A stretch of DNA of 64,000 bases, taken from contig CATNEN010000038.1 in the NCBI GenBank assembly GCA_950097015.1, positions 8,680,001-8,744,000 of the forward strand, given 5' to 3'. This document shows, piece after piece, positions 61,301 to 64,000 of this stretch. Both the position numbers and the translations under genes were made by a program. Below the pieces are notes generated by a model. The model searched no databases, had not been told where the DNA came from, and saw only the letters and a list, made by a program, of their open reading frames with translations. The first letter of the stretch is position 1. Every line of letters begins with the position of its first letter. This DNA comes from Macrostomum hystrix (Eukaryota > Animalia > Platyhelminthes).

Positions 61301-62719
61301 ATTGTCTGCGACTTTTGCAGCCTCCTGCTGCTGATTTGGTCTGGCTGGAAATCTTGAGCTGTCGGTGTACATTTCAATGTTGATTACAATGCAACGGCCA
61401 TTGACTGGGGAGTTAGAGTTGTCGTATGTACCACTCCCAATTGTTCTAAAACAGTTCGGGGAGCAAATATTAATTTTCAGTTGTTTAAATGCTTTCTTAA
61501 CATCGTCTTCAAAATTGATTCAAGCAGTCTTACACTGCATCCTGTGACAACCCGTCTGCACCGGAACATTCCACATTCTCAGCTCGCAGATCAGTACCAG
61601 CTTCTGTCGGACCCATGAGAGCTATAAATTTGGAAGTTTAGCGATTACGTAAGCAAATGACTGTATATACTGCACATTTGGTAACACAGCTGCCTGTAAT
61701 GATTTCAAAGGCAATTAAGCAATTGAGCAGACATAAGCAGTGGGAACAAAAGTTATTAAAGGAAATTTCATTTGACTGTCTGAGTCATTTTGACAAAAAA
61801 TGCAGTATTTTTCGGGTATTTTTCATGCCTGAAAGGTGCCGTAAGGAAATCACTGACCGCAAATTCCGAAGAATCCTGTCAACCTTCCAACTCGGAAATC
61901 ACAAACTCGAAGCGTTCAGAGCTGCAAGACCTAATTAAGTCTCATATAAAAGCTAAGTATGCCTAAAGTGCAGAATAGAAGTAAAAAGCGTAACTCATTT
62001 TCATTTTAAATGCAGTGTAATATGGAAATCCCGTTAAATATTGATTTAATTAATAAATCACAAACATTCTACTTCTTAATTTCATTTCGCCTCTTCAATC
62101 CTCGTTACCTTAAGTTTCTTTTGTAATCACTTTTCCATAAAAGAAAGAAAACTTGGGTCCAGTAAAAAGATCTGCACTCTATTAATAAACAAAATAATAA
62201 TAATATTGAAACCTACCACGAGCATTTAGGAATGGATGCTGCAGAAGCTGCACAGCAGTCTTTCTCTCGCATCTATGCTTAGCTGTGCAACTGGCGTAGA
62301 AATCCTTCAAGACATCGAGACAGTCATCTGGCAGCCTCGGCGCCCCCAGTTTGTTCACCCTCCGAACAATGGCCAGCATGTTCTTGCAGTCTCCGTGAGG
62401 CCGGTTGCCCGTCAGCATCTGGTAGATCACGCAGCCGAAGGCCCAGATGTCGGAGGCGCAGCTGTAGGGAGTGTCCTCTGTCTCTTCCGACAGAAACAGC
62501 TCCGGTGCCATGAACCAAGGGTCACCCTTTGGATTTCCCGTTATGTGGTCAGTAGCCGACTCAACCAGTTGGACGGCCAGTCCGAAGTCAATCAGCTTTA
62601 CCACCCTGTCCTCAGACACCATGATTGTGCGGCAGTTGATGTCCCGATGAACAATGGCCCTTGGCTTCAGAGTGTGCAGGTACTGCATAGCACGGCAGAT
62701 CTGCAATGCATAAGAAGCC
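58357..62719 (-). CDS. Multidomain kinase - pseudocaspase - ankyrin repeats - caspase protein (5' part outside the window)
   Basis: Exons 62719-62217 (kinase C-lobe: HRD, DFG, APE, SDIWAFG), 61621-61534 (linker), 61445-60735 (caspase fold, LGYG/QACKQ), 60658-60250 and 59743-59451 (ankyrin repeats GRTALCWAA, RQTPLILAA, GNSPLIWAA), 59269-58357 (Gly linker and caspase with LMSHG/QACRD). Phases match at all five junctions: 2917 nt = 1 + 972 codons including the stop. Confidence 0.85.
59822..60020 (-). mobile_element. Degenerate SINE family 1 copy in the intron between the ankyrin exons
   Basis: ggtcccagagctcgaatccgcgggaggccacatttttatttagg and gctggctgcgggtc blocks of the family; these read in the same orientation as the + copies, so the strand call is tentative. 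Confidence 0.5.
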
Positions 62720-62756
62720 CTGGTTTGTCTATGATGCCGCATATTTCTACGAGTTA

Positions 62757-64000
62757 GGATTACCGATCCAAGGAATTACCGATCCAATGAATTACCGATC
62801 CAAGGAATTACCGATCCAATGAATTACCGATCTTAGGAATTACCGATCCAATGAATTACCGATTCAATTAATTACCGATCCAAGGAATTACCGATTCAAT
62901 GAATTACCGATCCAAGGAATTACCGATCCAATGAATTACCGATCCAAGGAATTACCGATTCAATGAATTACCGATCCAAGGAATTACCGATCCAATGAAT
63001 TACCGATTCAATTAATTACCGATCCAAGGAATTACCGATTCAATGAATTACCGATCCAAGGAATTACCGATCCAATGAATTACCGATCCAAGGAATTACC
63101 GATTCAATGAATTACCGATCCAAGGAATTACCGATCCAATGAATTACCGATTCAATTAATTACCGATCCAAGGAATTACCGATCCAATGAATTACCGATT
63201 CAATTAATTACCGATCCAAGGAATTACCGATCCAATGAATTACCGATTCAATTAATTACCGATCCAAGGAATTACCGATTCAATGAATTACCGATTCAAT
63301 TAATTACCGATCCAAGGAATTACCGATTCAAGGAATTACCGATCCAAGGAATTACCGATTCAATGAATTACCGATCCAAGGAATTACCGATCCAATGAAT
63401 TACCGATCCAAGGAATTATCGATCCAATGAATTACCGATCTTAGGAATTACCGATCCAATGAATTACCGATTCAATTAATTACCGATCCAAGGAATTACC
63501 GATTCAATGAATTACCGATCCAAGGAATTACCGATCCAATGAATTACCGATCCAAGGAATTACCGATTCAATGAATTACCGATCCAAGGAATTACCGATC
63601 CAATGAATTACCGATTCAATTAATTACCGATCCAAGGAATTACCGATTCAATGAATTACCGATCCAAGGAATTACCGATCCAATGAATTACCGATCCAAG
63701 GAATTACCGATTCAATGAATTACCGATCCAAGGAATTACCGATCCAATGAATTACCGATCCAAGGAATTACCGATCCAAGGAATTACCGATCCAATGAAT
63801 TACCGATTCAATTAATTACCGATCCAAGGAATTACCGATCCAATGAATTACCGATTCAATTAATTACCGATCCAAGGAATTACCGATTCAATGAATTACC
63901 GATTCAATTAATTACCGATCCAAGGAATTACCGATTCAATGAATTACCGATCCAAGGAATTACCGATCCAATGAATTACCGATCCAAGGAATTACCGAGT
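62757..64000. repeat. 16-bp minisatellite (gaattaccgatccaag/t), >75 copies, in the intron splitting the kinase domain
   Basis: Direct reading; runs off the window end. Confidence 0.97.

Noticed and set aside
62757-64000. CRISPR-like appearance of the short repeat arrays
   Set aside because: Units are head-to-tail with no unique spacers, the context is eukaryotic, and there are no cas genes.

Overview
Eukaryotic (animal) genomic DNA: multi-exon genes with GC-rich exons, and introns packed with minisatellites, SINEs and MITEs. The overall style suggests a free-living flatworm such as Macrostomum (inference only). All gene models were spliced by hand with phase-checked junctions and have no transcript support. 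In order: an apparently intact 4-exon THAP/P-element transposase (1228-4084); a dead RTE-like LINE fragment; a START-only CERT-like gene; an 11-exon transglutaminase; two orphan ORFs; a SMARCD/BAF60-like gene; an RNF38/44-like RING-H2 ligase; a dead mariner; two tandem SLC47/MATE transporters; a secreted PAN/Apple + LamG-like protein. The main finding is at the right end. Six minus-strand exons (58357-62719, 5' end beyond the window) join into one continuous frame of 971 residues: kinase C-lobe (non-canonical catalytic loop), dead pseudo-caspase, ankyrin repeats, Gly-rich linker, and an intact Asp-specific caspase. This resembles a RIPK/cFLIP/caspase-8-like death-signalling module in a single polypeptide. 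Secondary findings: CpG-decay evidence for regional DNA methylation, patchy gene conversion between the MATE paralogs, and paralog-specific intronic minisatellites.
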